From assembly GCF_001949145.1 (NCBI RefSeq), contig NW_019091359.1:573839-637838 (forward strand): 64,000 nucleotides of DNA, written 5' to 3'. Positions 1 through 11,299 of the stretch are shown piece after piece (position 1 is the stretch's first letter; each line of letters begins with the position of its first letter). A program made the translations under genes and the position numbers. The notes beneath the pieces are model-generated. The model did not search any database, was not told where the DNA came from, and worked only from the letters and a program-made list of their open reading frames with translations. The DNA comes from Acanthaster planci. Taxonomy: Eukaryota.

Positions 1-250
1 ATCTTCTACCCCTCCCCACCGATCTATAGTTTCACCCATCTCCTACTCCCCATCATCCCACCCATCTCCTACACCTCCCCACCCATCATCTCACCCATTT
101 CCTACCCCTTCCCCACCCGTCATCCCATCCATCTCCAAGCCACCTCCATTCCATCATCCCATCCATCATGTATATCACCCCAACCCCATTACCCAGTCCA
201 TCTCCTACTCAGCCCCCTTACCTCATCATCCCAATTTGTCTTCAACCAAC
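1..250. repeat. C-rich low-complexity (CCATC/CCTAC-like) degenerate repeat
   Basis: Recurring ccatc/cccatc/tcctac motifs with almost no G on the + strand. Confidence 0.7.
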
Positions 251-259
251 ATCAGCTAT

Positions 260-2760
260 AAATGTGTGCATATAGATCTATGTTGTACAATTCCAAAGTT
301 TGTGGAGACATTTGCTTTACAGGAGCACATACGATACAAGAGTGCAGTTTTTCATGAAAATTCAGTGAACAGCTCAACATCAACAATGTAGGGTTCTGAG
401 AGATTGTACATAACCATGGAGGCATAATAACCGATCACCCAAGTACTAGGGGTAGTTGTCATTAAAATCACTTGAGAATGAGCAGCGAAGAAATAAGTTT
501 TTATACTCTCGTGTCTAGAAATGTCCTCTTTCGGTACTGCTTGTAGAATTACCAGAAGTTTTAAAGTGCAGTTTTCTTAAATTCATCCAGCAAGCAACTA
601 ACCCATCATTCTTGCTTCTCACTAATACAGTTTTGAGTAGGCATGAAGAAAATAAGAACAAGGTGCTGTCAAATTGGCTTGATAAGATGAAATTATTTCC
701 TGCTGGATGATGATTCAATGCTCTCAAAGTCCAGCACATTTTTCTTCATGTTAAGAGTAAGTGCTCGTACCTCTCCCTTTCCAGTCTGCTGTTTTACTCT
801 ACCTGCAGCTGCAGCATTCAGTATCTCTTCACAGTGATGCTCTCCTGTACAGGTCTTTGACAGGTTTTGCCAACTATGGAAAGGTCAAGAAGGCAATATA
901 CTGACAGGTTTTTGCCAACTATGGAAAGGTCAAGAAGGCAATATACTGTTGTATCAAAGTGTAATCAGGGCAAATATTCTGCAGTGTAAATAGCAGCTTT
1001 TCGTTTAAAGAATGAACTTGTTTAAATCCACATTTTGAAAGAAGTGGGTCTTTTTAAATTTTATTTTCTATCTAAGATGGCCTCCATTTTCTTCAGAATT
1101 TATGACAACTGTTAGAACAGAGACATCCATGTATTTGCATTGATTTTAGCACTTTAAGGGGCTTGTAGCGATGTTCCACAGGTGACTACAACTACTTCCA
1201 GATTAGTCTGAAATTACATACATGCTTGTAGCAGTACGGTGGGCTCAACAATTTGGAAGTGACCATAGGATGACATGTTTGGATATCAGACTGGGCCAGT
1301 TAGGTCCATGATATGGAAAGTGATCAGAAGAACCTGGAGCTAGAAGTTTGGAATTCTGCCTACAAGACATGTGACCTTGCAAAGCCCACATACATACTCT
1401 CCTTGTAATGAAAGTCTCTTACTACAGAAGTTAAAAGGATGGTTCTTATAAGATATTAATTATTCATCATCATCATCGATTCTGAAAACCAATCCAAGAA
1501 GCGTGGCTAGAATTTTCCTTATGTTTTCTTACTTCAACTACAAACTGTATAAGCCCTATGGAACCCTGTCACGTAGATAGTTCATCTGAGTGAGAATAAA
1601 ATAAGAGGTATAAGAGAGTTTATCAACAGCTCAGTCCTATAAGTCGATCAATTAAGTCTTCTTGTCAAATCAAGTTATTTCTCAGTCTGTAGAGATGTAG
1701 CAGTCAGTTGTAGTATTCCTAAACAAGTACTCCAGTTCACTAGAAGTTCTATCGCAACCTTCTCAGTCACTGTTGTCGTTGAGTACAGTGACAGAAAATC
1801 AAATTGTCAAGNNNNNNNNNNNNNNNNNNNAAATGTGTTTCAGTTATCTTCATCTATAATAATATCCAGCTGACAATGCAAGCAGTACTGGTCGTATATT
1901 GGTAAACAATGGTCCCAAGGTTCTTTCAGATCAAAAGTAATATGCTAAGGACAATCACTTTGGGCATATAAATTTGCTAAGGAGTTCCTGAATCTTCAAA
2001 ATCCATGACTGGGCGAGAACCCAAAGGCATAGAGTAAGAATGGTCAGGTATTTTCACCTTTGTAAACCCAACAAAATTTTCCAAAAACTTCTGGTGGAAT
2101 TTGATAGATAGGGGAGAAGATCAGGGTAAACATACATGTATACAATGTATGTACATGTACGTACATGTAGTCTGCGGTACATACATCACAGTACATTTGA
2201 AACAGCTTGTCCAAATGGTTTGGAAATGGAAAGTCCATTGATTTTCCAATGCACATGAACAAGGCTTGGGTATGTTTGCATATATACATTCTTGGCAAGT
2301 CTGAAGAGGGAGATCTGAAGATATAGCATAGTCAAAGTGAAGGGCATTGGACTGAAAGAAAGGAAGAAGAAAAGGCATTGCTCTATCTTTTAGCTTTTCA
2401 ACAAAGTTACTGAATAAACATAAGTATGCAATATATGTATTGAAAGAATTAATTGGTCTCTTCTACTTTCTTTTTCATTACTCTGATATCAGATGTTGAA
2501 ATACAAGGCCAGTTTCAATCTCAAGGAGATAAATCGAGTAACTTCATGGTTTCAATTCCTTGTTTGTGATGTGACTTTTTATTTCCAATCCATGTGAGCT
2601 TATCCAAACAACAAAGTTGAGGGTTGTTTTTCCAGCACGGTTTTCATTAATTTACTCAGCACTTTCAGCACTGAACATATTCACTCCGAACGGCAACCAG
2701 GTTTCTGACTAATCCTCTTGACGCAGGTCCTGCCAGCAAAGATCCCTGAATCAGAAATGG
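260..2760 (-). pseudogene. decayed LRR-receptor-like gene, copy A (spans gap 1812-1830)
   Basis: Minus-strand fragments with stops and frameshifts: IYQIPPEVFG / FVGFTKVK / YLTI (~2045-2115), NLRKLHFKTSGN (~550-585), QNP..HC*C LRRCT-like (~380-400). Homologous to 6926-7830 and 14750-16230. Confidence 0.4.
858..948. repeat. two-copy ~44-bp tandem duplication
   Basis: tgacaggtttt(t)gccaactatggaaaggtcaagaaggcaatatac occurs twice in tandem. Confidence 0.9.
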
Positions 2761-3257
2761 CATTAAACCATAAATCACACTTGTCTACTTATCTCATGCC
2801 AGTCACTATTTTTACTATTTACCAGACACACAAGTACCCACACACAAGTGAAATACATTTAAATGCTAGTGTACTAAGCTGAGCCTCAGTAACAGTTCAG
2901 TGGAACAATCACAAAGGGTAAAGTACACACATGTAAGCATCAGCCTAGCTACTCTACATGCATTTCACATGTACAAGTATATTACACCCCTGAACAGTGG
3001 TGCATGTATACATACTGCCTTTCCTTTGCTCCTGAAATGTTAATGGAAACTGAATGTGTCCAAGACATGGTAAAACAACTATGGTTTAGTTTAGTTGGGT
3101 TGTAGATCTTGGATCCCCTCAGTATTGGAAGTTGACATGTACGAAACTTTCCAAAACCTTGGGGAGCTAAAATATAACTACCATGTGACACGTAAGTCAT
3201 GTACTCATGCACATGCATGGCCTGTTGTGAGAGAAAAAAGCGTTCAAAATTCACTGC
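1831..3257. repeat. segmental duplication of 6926-7965 (this copy carries ~340 bp extra at ~2780-3125)
   Basis: Near-identical sequence from tgtgtttcagttatcttcatc to ttcactgc; the paired ORFs 2044-2378 and 7126-7460 are almost identical. Confidence 0.9.
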
Positions 3258-3741
3258 TTTGTACAGCTACACAGTCATGAAAATCTGCAATCAAGGAGCT
3301 CAATTGCCAACCCATCTTGGGCAAGCAAGCAAGGTCCTATGTATGGTTATCATCAATACTGCTGTTTTCTATGTACTGAACTCATTGGCAATCGCTACTG
3401 CAGTAATCTACATCATAGCAGAAAGTCACAGCTTACTCATACCAAGCCAAGCTATTAAACATCTAAACTTTTTAACTAAAATGTACATTGTGGGTACATG
3501 TGTAGCAATCTTGCAGATGGTCAACAGCTCAAATGACCCCCTAGTCTACAGTGCCACTAACTCTGACTATCGTACAGCTGTAGTCCAGGCTTTCTCATTC
3601 CTTAAACTGTGCTGTCCTTGCTACTCAAGACAGAATCCCGGCCAACCATCACAGCCAAGGGAACAGATTGAGCTTCATGTGATTCCTCAACCACAACATG
3701 ATCAAAATACTGGCCTGAGTGTTGAGTCTGTCTCTTCTTAA
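3255..3741 (+). pseudogene. 5'-truncated class A GPCR (end of TM5, TM6, TM7, C-tail)
   Basis: From 3255 almost identical to GPCR 9771-10704 (ALYSYTVMKICNQ...DPLVYSATNSDYR). Sequence upstream is non-coding and matches 7835-7965; TM1-TM4 are absent. Confidence 0.8.
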
Positions 3742-4416
3742 AAACTAAGAAGTACAGTTGACTAAAATTTCCTCTTCACTGGTTAACATAATCTTGGTGG
3801 AGTATATTCCTGTAAATTCAAAACCACTTTAAGTGTACCTCAGTATGACCTGCGCATGATATCCCAACATGGAGACTTTGTCCAGTATCAATGCAGACGT
3901 AGAAGTGATTTAAAAAAAAAAAACACAGCTGATACCTCAACTAGTACCAACCTTTTGCCTGGAGACTCAGATAAAATGATGTCAGTTGGCAAGTCTTCCC
4001 CCCCCCCCCGAACATAACAGCCACTGACTTTGGGAGCAACACACTGAAAAAATCTGGAATAAAATTTAAATAATAGACCAAAAACTTCCATAAAATGCCA
4101 GGGTAAGAATAGCAGCCACACAAACAGAGGCAAGATTGGAAAGGTATCCCATTAACAACCTTGAAAAAATGTATATTTTCTTCATATAGCTACATAGGAT
4201 TACCCCACTTGGCCTGAGCCCGGCAACCTCTGCTCCACTACTAGTAAAGTAAAAGAGGCTACTGAGAAATTTGCATATTCAAAACAAAAGTCTTATCAGT
4301 AGCCAAAGAAATTATTATACAAAGCCATATGCAACATATAGGCAGGGTGGGATAATTTGGGCAACACTTTCACCCTGCTTTCACAGCCAAAGAGAGAGTC
4401 AGACATTTAAGTATAT

Positions 4417-4660
4417 GGGCAATTCCAGAAATAAGGGGTCCATTTTTTGTGGGGGTCCATCTCACATCTGACATAGCATTTTTAAGTTCAGCACATATTT
4501 TCTAATTGCCAAGAGTGACGATTAATGTAAATTACCTGCCAAACAAATAGTAATAGTTTGAAATCAATTTTGCTTTATTTCCATGTCAAATAACAAAGGT
4601 CAGATGTAACACGGATACAAAAATCTCACACCTTTGGACCCCTAATTTCTGGAATTACCC
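4417..4660. mobile_element. MITE with ~25-bp terminal inverted repeats (PIF/Harbinger-like ends, tentative)
   Basis: gggcaattccagaaataaggggtcca ... tggacccctaatttctggaattaccc; no ORF. Confidence 0.7.
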
Positions 4661-5496
4661 ATATCAAGGATTCTTTACATGTTTGCCCACCTCCTTTCCC
4701 CCCCCCCACTTTAATTTCTTTTTGTTGTTTGAGAGCCATTTCTGATAGGGCAGGCAGCCATTACCCCCTTTTACGACTATTAAAGAGATATTTTGTTCAC
4801 TGTTGAATATACACATCAAGTTGTATATCCTGAAATCTCACTTCGTGTTCCAAATATAGCACAGATGCAGTAGTGCTCGCTAGTCCCATGAGGCTATTTT
4901 CCCAATTGAATTGTTACATCGGTGGAAATGCAACTGTTGAATGTTCTACCACAAATGGCACTCAGTATATATTACATATGTATAGCTTGTAGCTTTAGCT
5001 GATTTTATTTTAGTGAAGGAGTGTTGGTCCCGTTTGGAAATTGTGGTGGCTAGTTTGCCCAATCTTTGGTATCTGTCAAAATGATAACTGATGCATGGTT
5101 GAAAAAAAAAGATTCAAACAGGATGTGGCTGTGATAATCTCAATTGTTTCTGTATGTAAAATCATATTGAAATCGGAGGAATTGGGACTGTTAGGGTTAA
5201 GACACAGCCTACATTCATTTGAGTCTAAGTCTTAAATTACCAGAACTACGAATAGTTTTTTGGTTCCCCTTGAACATACTTCACACAAATAGAAACCAAA
5301 AGGAAAGGTTGTTTTTTTGTCCATGAAATCCTTATGTAACAGGGTGTGCTTATGGAATATAGGAGTGAAGAAGAATCCTTTGATACGCCTCATTTAGAAG
5401 GACCATCTCTTTCAATTTTGTTGCCACCATTCTGCTTGGCTGGTTACCAATGCAGGACACTATGGAGGATACATCAGCTACTGACGTGATCATGGA

Positions 5497-5572
5497 TACC
5501 CCCCCTAGAACTCTGGGGTTTGTCGTCCGCCGAGCTCCGCAGCAGACAACGAACCTCCAAGTCCTGGGGGTA
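5497..5572. repeat. short imperfect palindrome/hairpin element
   Basis: tacccccccctagaactctggggtttgtcgtccgc ... gcagacaacgaacctccaagtcctgggggta. Confidence 0.65.
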
Positions 5573-5926
5573 GCTCATGGAAGCACAGTTCCAACAGACT
5601 GCTTCAATCAAATGGACAAGCGATTCTCAGCTAATCTAACAACATATTTTTAAAGGAAACCCCAGGTTCATTCAACATTTCCCCTGGTAAGCTCCAAGCA
5701 GGATACCAACAGTGCCATCTCTGAGTGAGAACAAGACATGAAACTGAGAATTTCAACATTGACCTGCAGGTGAAATAACAACCATCACATAAATATATGC
5801 AACACGGCAGACTAGAATAGTTACTAAGTAAACTATCACACAATTATGAACCAATCATATCCATTTAGCACGACTTGGCATTTTGGCATGTGACTCTCTT
5901 TACAATTAAACTTTCATTTTCTGTTG

Positions 5927-5933
5927 TATAAAA
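5927..5933 (+). promoter_or_regulatory. putative TATA box of GPCR 6053
   Basis: TATAAAA ~125 bp upstream of the ATG, in a tgttg(g)tataaaa...ttcaactggt context shared by three paralogs. Confidence 0.55.
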
Positions 5934-6052
5934 CTGGAGATGTATGTAAACCTACATCAAAAAGAATTCAACTGGTAAGATCTTGCCTTAGGGCTCACTG
6001 CTTGTTAAGCACCTGAACAATGTTGGAAACATAGATCACTGCCACGGGAACT

Positions 6053-6924
6053 ATGGGTGATGGCTGTCAAGACAACCATTCTATTGGGAGGACTGATATG
6101 TTTGAGTATTTTGAGAGAGATGACAGGATTACACAAAGAAGTGAACAAATAATAGAGTTCAGTACTGAAATCATCCCACCAATTGGCCTCTGCATAAACA
6201 TAGTCTTCCTCTACACTGTCATCCGAGTGAAGTCCATGCATACAATCATCAACATCTACTTATCCAATCTGGCAGTGGCTGACTCACTTTACCTCCTACT
6301 TTGCTTTGTAACATCATTTTCCTTCCCAACAAGGAATGAAATCCTTTCATTGAATGCAATTCTAACTGTGAGATGCATGCTTCAAACTGCTTCTGATTTC
6401 TTTGTGGTTACCATAGCAGCTGAGAGATTCTCTGCAGTGCACCATCCACTGACTTTCAGAGAAAAAGCTTCTAAATTCCGAGCAGTGAAGATATCAGCAG
6501 GACTCTGGGTGCCGATAATAGTCATTGGTATAACTGTGATATTCTTACTAAAATCTGATGAGGACCTCTTCAGGAACATCATCTTTTGGACTGATTTCAT
6601 TGCTGCCATTATTTGTTTGACTGTAACTCCAGCATTATACATCTACATAATAGTGAAACTCCAAAATCCATTGCCAAACCGTCCCAAGCAAGGAGTCAAG
6701 GTCCTACGTATGGTTTTCATCAATACTGCTCTTTTCCTCATCTTAAATTCACTGCAAACCACTATTGCAGTAATGTCCATTGTGGCAGAAAATAACAGTT
6801 CTGGAGAACTTAGCCAGGCCATTGAAAGTATAAAACTTGTCACAAAAGCAAAAATTATGGCTACAGGTTTATTAATTTTTCAGATGATCAACTGTTCAAT
6901 TGATCCCCTAATCTACAGTGCCAN
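6053..6924 (+). CDS. intronless class A (rhodopsin-like) orphan GPCR; 3' end lost at an assembly join
   Basis: Seven hydrophobic segments; GLCIN (TM1), NLAVAD (TM2), ERF (TM3), TM4 Trp, NCSIDPLIY (TM7). Homology to paralogs stops at the single n at 6925. Confidence 0.85.
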
Positions 6925-6925
6925 A

Positions 6926-7830
6926 ACTGTGTTTCAGTTATCTTCATCTATAATATCCAGCTGACAATGCAAGCAGTTCTGGTCGTATATTGGTAAACGA
7001 TGGCTCTTTCAGATCAAAAGTAATATGTTAGGGACAATCACTTTGGGCATAAATTTGCTAAGGAGTTCCTGAATCTTTCAAAATTCATGACTATGCGAGA
7101 ACCCAAAGGCACAGAGTAACAATGGTCAGGTATTTTCACCTTTGTAAACCCAACAAAATTTTCCCAAACCGTCTGGTGGAATTTGATAGATTGGGGACAA
7201 GGTCAGGGTAAACATACATGTATACAATGTATGTACATGTACGTACATGTAGTTTGCGGTACATACATCACAGTACATCTGAAACAGCTTGTCCAAATGG
7301 TTTGGAAATGGAAAGTCCATTGATTTTCCAATGCACACCAACAAGGCTTGGGTATGTTTGCATATATACATTCTTGGCAAGTCTGAAGAGGGAGATCTGA
7401 AGATAAAGCATAGTCAAAGCGAAGGGCATTAGACTGAAAGAAAGGAAGAAGACAAGGCATTCCTCTGTCTCTTAGCTTTTCAACAAAGTTACTGCATATA
7501 CGTAAGTATGCAGTATATGTATTGAAAGAATTAATTGGTCCCTTCTACTTTCTTGTTCATAACTCTGATATCAGATGTTGAAATACAAGGCCAGTTTCAA
7601 TCTCAAGGAGATAAATCGAGTAACTTCATGGTTTCAATTCCTTGTTCCACGTGAGCTTATCCAAACAACAAAGTTGAGGGTTGTTTTTCCAGCACGGTTT
7701 TCATAAATTTACTCAGCACTTTCAGCACTGAACATATTCACTCTGAATGGCAACCAGGTTTCTGACTAATCCTCTTGACGCAGGTCCTGCCGCAAAGATC
7801 CCTAAATCAGAAATGGCATTAAACCATAAA
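6926..7830 (-). pseudogene. decayed LRR-receptor-like gene, copy B (5' part)
   Basis: Near-identical to 1831-2775; LSPIYQIPPDG..FVGFTKVK and FTNIRPELLALS fragments. Confidence 0.4.
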
Positions 7831-8366
7831 TCTCGGAAGTTGACATGTACTAAACTTTCCAAAACCTTGGGGAGCTAAAATATAACCACCATGTGACACG
7901 TAAGTCATGTACTCATGCACATGCATGGCCTGTTGTGAGAGGAAAAAGCATTCAAATTTCACTGCGGGTCAATAAAAATTCTTATCTCCAGTGCCTTATG
8001 CTAATACAACTGATTAATATTAGAAACAGCATTAATACTCCTTAAAAAGAAGCGTACATGTATTATGTACACTAGCTGTACATTTTTCCAAACATACACT
8101 TCTAAGAAGTGCATCAAGACCATTCTAACTTGCTACTTTACCCTGTGATAAACATATAAACAAAGCAAAACCAGTGTATTACTGAATACATATGGTAATG
8201 TCAAATAAGTACTGTAAAATCTAGAAGTATAGTATAGTAAACAATGCAAGTGAAACAAAAGAAATTAAACACTTGTGTGTGCACTTAAAATGGAATATTA
8301 CATTTTATAGATTTAAGTGATAAAATGATCTACACATGGCGAATGCAGTCCGGTCAAGTTACCATG

Positions 8367-9367
8367 CAGGCAGGGGGTTGGCCACATAAAGGGCCAGCCA
8401 CCTCTCTTGAAAGGGGAGTACAAGGCAGCATGAGGGGGAGTGGGGCATGCCAATCAAATGGATACTGAAACATGCGCTGCACAGACTAGACCGGATGAAT
8501 GAATATAGGGGCCGGTAAATAGGTGACGGTGGGGATACATGTACTTAATTAGTGGCTGCACAGCCACCAGGTCTAGCACTTTGCCACATCTTATCAAATA
8601 GTAAACTACATTGTTAAACCCACCACCTTCCCTTTAAACCACCTGTCCAAGCAGGGTGTTTGATGGAGGTATATGGAAGAAAAGAGACTTATTTATCTCT
8701 TCAGCAAATTGAGCATTTATTAATTGGGAGACATTCAATTATTACAGACCAAGAATGAACTCCTGAAATGGCACATATGTAAGATTTTGATGCACAACCT
8801 CGTATGTTCCAACAAAGTTGAGCATTAAGTAAGCGATTCTGACAATGGATAATTTAATTAACAAAGTCAAATGATGAATGGGCACTCTTTTGTTAATAAG
8901 TCAATGCATGAGCTGAACTTGGTATGTACCAACTCGGGTGTAGATACATTATAGTTTTAACTGCAGTAGTGATAGCAATTCTTGATGAATTTATAGCCCA
9001 GGCAAGGTTTGTCCTGTTAATGGTGTATGTGTCATGATATAAGGTAACTGCTACGGTGGGTTGCAGAAGATGCAGCACTGCTGATGACGAGGTAGCCGCA
9101 AAAATACAAGCAGGCTAAGGGAACGAATAGAGTGATCAAGGTGTGTCAGGTGGCACAGTGTGCAATATATGGACAATCCCCAGTGATCATGTGATGAGCT
9201 ATATACTTAACTGCACAATAAAAAGGAGGCGAGGTGACTGTTTGGATGGATCAGGTGATCAAATGTAAATGTTAAGTGTCAGGTGGCACAAACACATGTC
9301 CCTTGTCTCATGTGTCCGTTTTTCTGTGTGAGTCGGTGGCCCTTTTTGGTAGCCAATGCCTTGCCTG
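8367..9367. mobile_element. non-autonomous TIR DNA element (~1 kb)
   Basis: Imperfect ~35-bp TIRs caggcagggggttggccacataaagggccagccac / gtcggtggccctttttggtagccaatgccttgcctg; no clear TSD. Confidence 0.5.
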
Positions 9368-9649
9368 ATTAGGCGAATCTATTACTGGTTTGTAAAATGA
9401 GTGAAACAATAAAACCAGTCGTAAGCTGTGGCCAAAATTCAAGGAATGGTCTGACCAGGTTTATTTGTGTTCGTCCGTGTATAATGTCAACTGTGAAACT
9501 TCACAGAATGCTTTGGTGAAGAGGCTGTGAAAAGAAACAAGAGATGGCTTTTTCTAATATGCAATAAATATTGAAAAACAAAAGAGGAAAAATATAACAC
9601 AGCTTTTCCTATCACTTTCACACTTCTTAAGGTCTTTGTTCTCTGTTGG

Positions 9650-9656
9650 TATAAAA
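9650..9656 (+). promoter_or_regulatory. putative TATA box of GPCR 9771
   Basis: TATAAAA ~120 bp upstream of the ATG in the conserved paralogous context. Confidence 0.55.
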
Positions 9657-9770
9657 GAGGAAGTGGTACATAAAACCTTAAATAAAACGACTTCAACTGG
9701 TGAGATCTTACAGTAGAACTCACTCCTTTTATCCGAGAACTAATGGAAACGGATTAATACTACATGAACT

Positions 9771-10955
9771 ATGGATGACAGCCACCACGACAACAGGACT
9801 GATGTTTTAGAGTATATTGATACCTATAACAAGGTGTCCCGAAGGAGCACAGATGTAATTCTGTTGAGCACAAATATCATCACACCGATCGGCCTTCTCT
9901 TAAACTTCTTCTTTCTCTACACTGTCATCCGAGTCAAGTCCATGCATACAATCATCAACATCTACTTATCCAATCTGGCAGTGGCTGACTCACTTTATCT
10001 TTTCCTTTTGTTCATATATTCACTGTTCTCATTTGCAGACATTTCAGTTCACAGCAACCGTTTGTATCGTGCGCTTTGCGTTTCCCGACTCATGTTCCAG
10101 AGTGCTTCTCATTTGTTCATAGTTACCATAGCAACTCAGAGATTCTCAGCGGTGCATCATCCTCTGACTTTCAGACAAAAAGCTTCTAAATGTCGAGCAG
10201 GAAAGATATCAGCAGGACTCTGGGTGGTGATAATTACCATCGGTGTGACAGTGATATCCTTGCCAATATCTCAGCATGTCTTTAACGATATTATCTTTTG
10301 GAATGATTTCATCATCGCCATTGTTTGTTTGACTGTAACTTTTGCTTTGTACAGCTACACAGTCATGAAAATCTGCAATCAAAGAGCTCAATTGCCAACC
10401 CATCTTGGGCAAGCAAGCAAGGTCCTATGTATGGTTATCATCAATACTGCTATTTTCTATGTACTGAACACATTGGCAATCGCTACTGCAGTAATCTACA
10501 TCATAGCAGAAAGTCACAGCTTACTCATACCAAGCCAAGCTATTAAACATCTAAACTTTTTAACTAAAATGTACATTGTGGGTACATGTGTAGCAATCTT
10601 GCAGCTGATCAACAGCTCAATTGATCCCCTAGTCTACAGTGCCACTAACTCTGACTATCGTACAGCTGTAGTCCAGGCTTTCTCATTTCTCAAACTGTGC
10701 AGTANNNNNNNNNNNNNNNNNNNNNNNNNNNNNNNNNNNNNNNNNNNNNNNNNNNNNNNNNNNNNNNNNNNNNNNNNNNNNNNNNNNNNNNNNNNNNNNN
10801 NNNNNNNNNNNNNNNNNNNNNNNNNNNNNNNNNNNNNNNNNNNNNNNNNNNNNNNNNNNNNNNNNNNNNNNNNNNNNNNNNGTACATCTAGAACCAGCAG
10901 TAGAGAGCCAGCAGTCACTAGCAAGTACTCAGGAACAATGTCCTGGTTTGACTGA
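9771..10955 (+). CDS. intronless class A orphan GPCR (C-tail spans gap 10705-10881; true stop uncertain)
   Basis: 7TM, NLAVAD, QRF in place of DRY, NSSIDPLVY. The post-gap sequence (PAVTSKYSGTMS) matches the C-tail of the 19420 paralog. Confidence 0.88.
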   Translation: MDDSHHDNRTDVLEYIDTYNKVSRRSTDVILLSTNIITPIGLLLNFFFLYTVIRVKSMHTIINIYLSNLAVADSLYLFLLFIYSLFSFADISVHSNRLYRALCVSRLMFQSASHLFIVTIATQRFSAVHHPLTFRQKASKCRAGKISAGLWVVIITIGVTVISLPISQHVFNDIIFWNDFIIAIVCLTVTFALYSYTVMKICNQRAQLPTHLGQASKVLCMVIINTAIFYVLNTLAIATAVIYIIAESHSLLIPSQAIKHLNFLTKMYIVGTCVAILQLINSSIDPLVYSATNSDYRTAVVQAFSFLKLCSXXXXXXXXXXXXXXXXXXXXXXXXXXXXXXXXXXXXXXXXXXXXXXXXXXXXXXXXXXXXTSRTSSREPAVTSKYSGTMSWFD

Positions 10956-11299
10956 CACTGAGCTGTCGGCACAAGGGGAGAGGTACAGTGTGTACATCCA
11001 GAACCAGCAGACAGCCAGCATGCATGCAGGCACAAGCAAGTACTCAGGAACAGGGTTCTAGGTTCAGTCATTTAAAAACGTTCAAGAATAATGTTCTCTA
11101 ATGACTGGTGAGAGGAAATTAAAGAGGTAAGGGAAGTGAACAGTGTACAGTCTCAGCAAGAAGTCAAAGTCACCTATAAGTGCAGTAGACTGCAGCTATG
11201 ATGAATGTTTCAAATGCCTGGGAATAAACATCCCATTTGGCACCCCAATTTTACTGAACACTGTTTGATCGAATTCTGCCATTAGCTCTTACAAGTGAA

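Noticed and set aside
3199..3254. ATG at 3199 as the start of a functional 180-aa protein
   Set aside because: The first ~19 codons come from non-coding sequence matching 7908-7965; the product has only about two TM helices.
6925..6964. C-terminus TVFQLSSSIISS of the 303-aa GPCR ORF
   Set aside because: Lies beyond the n junction in sequence belonging to the duplicated LRR-gene remnant; not homologous to paralog tails.
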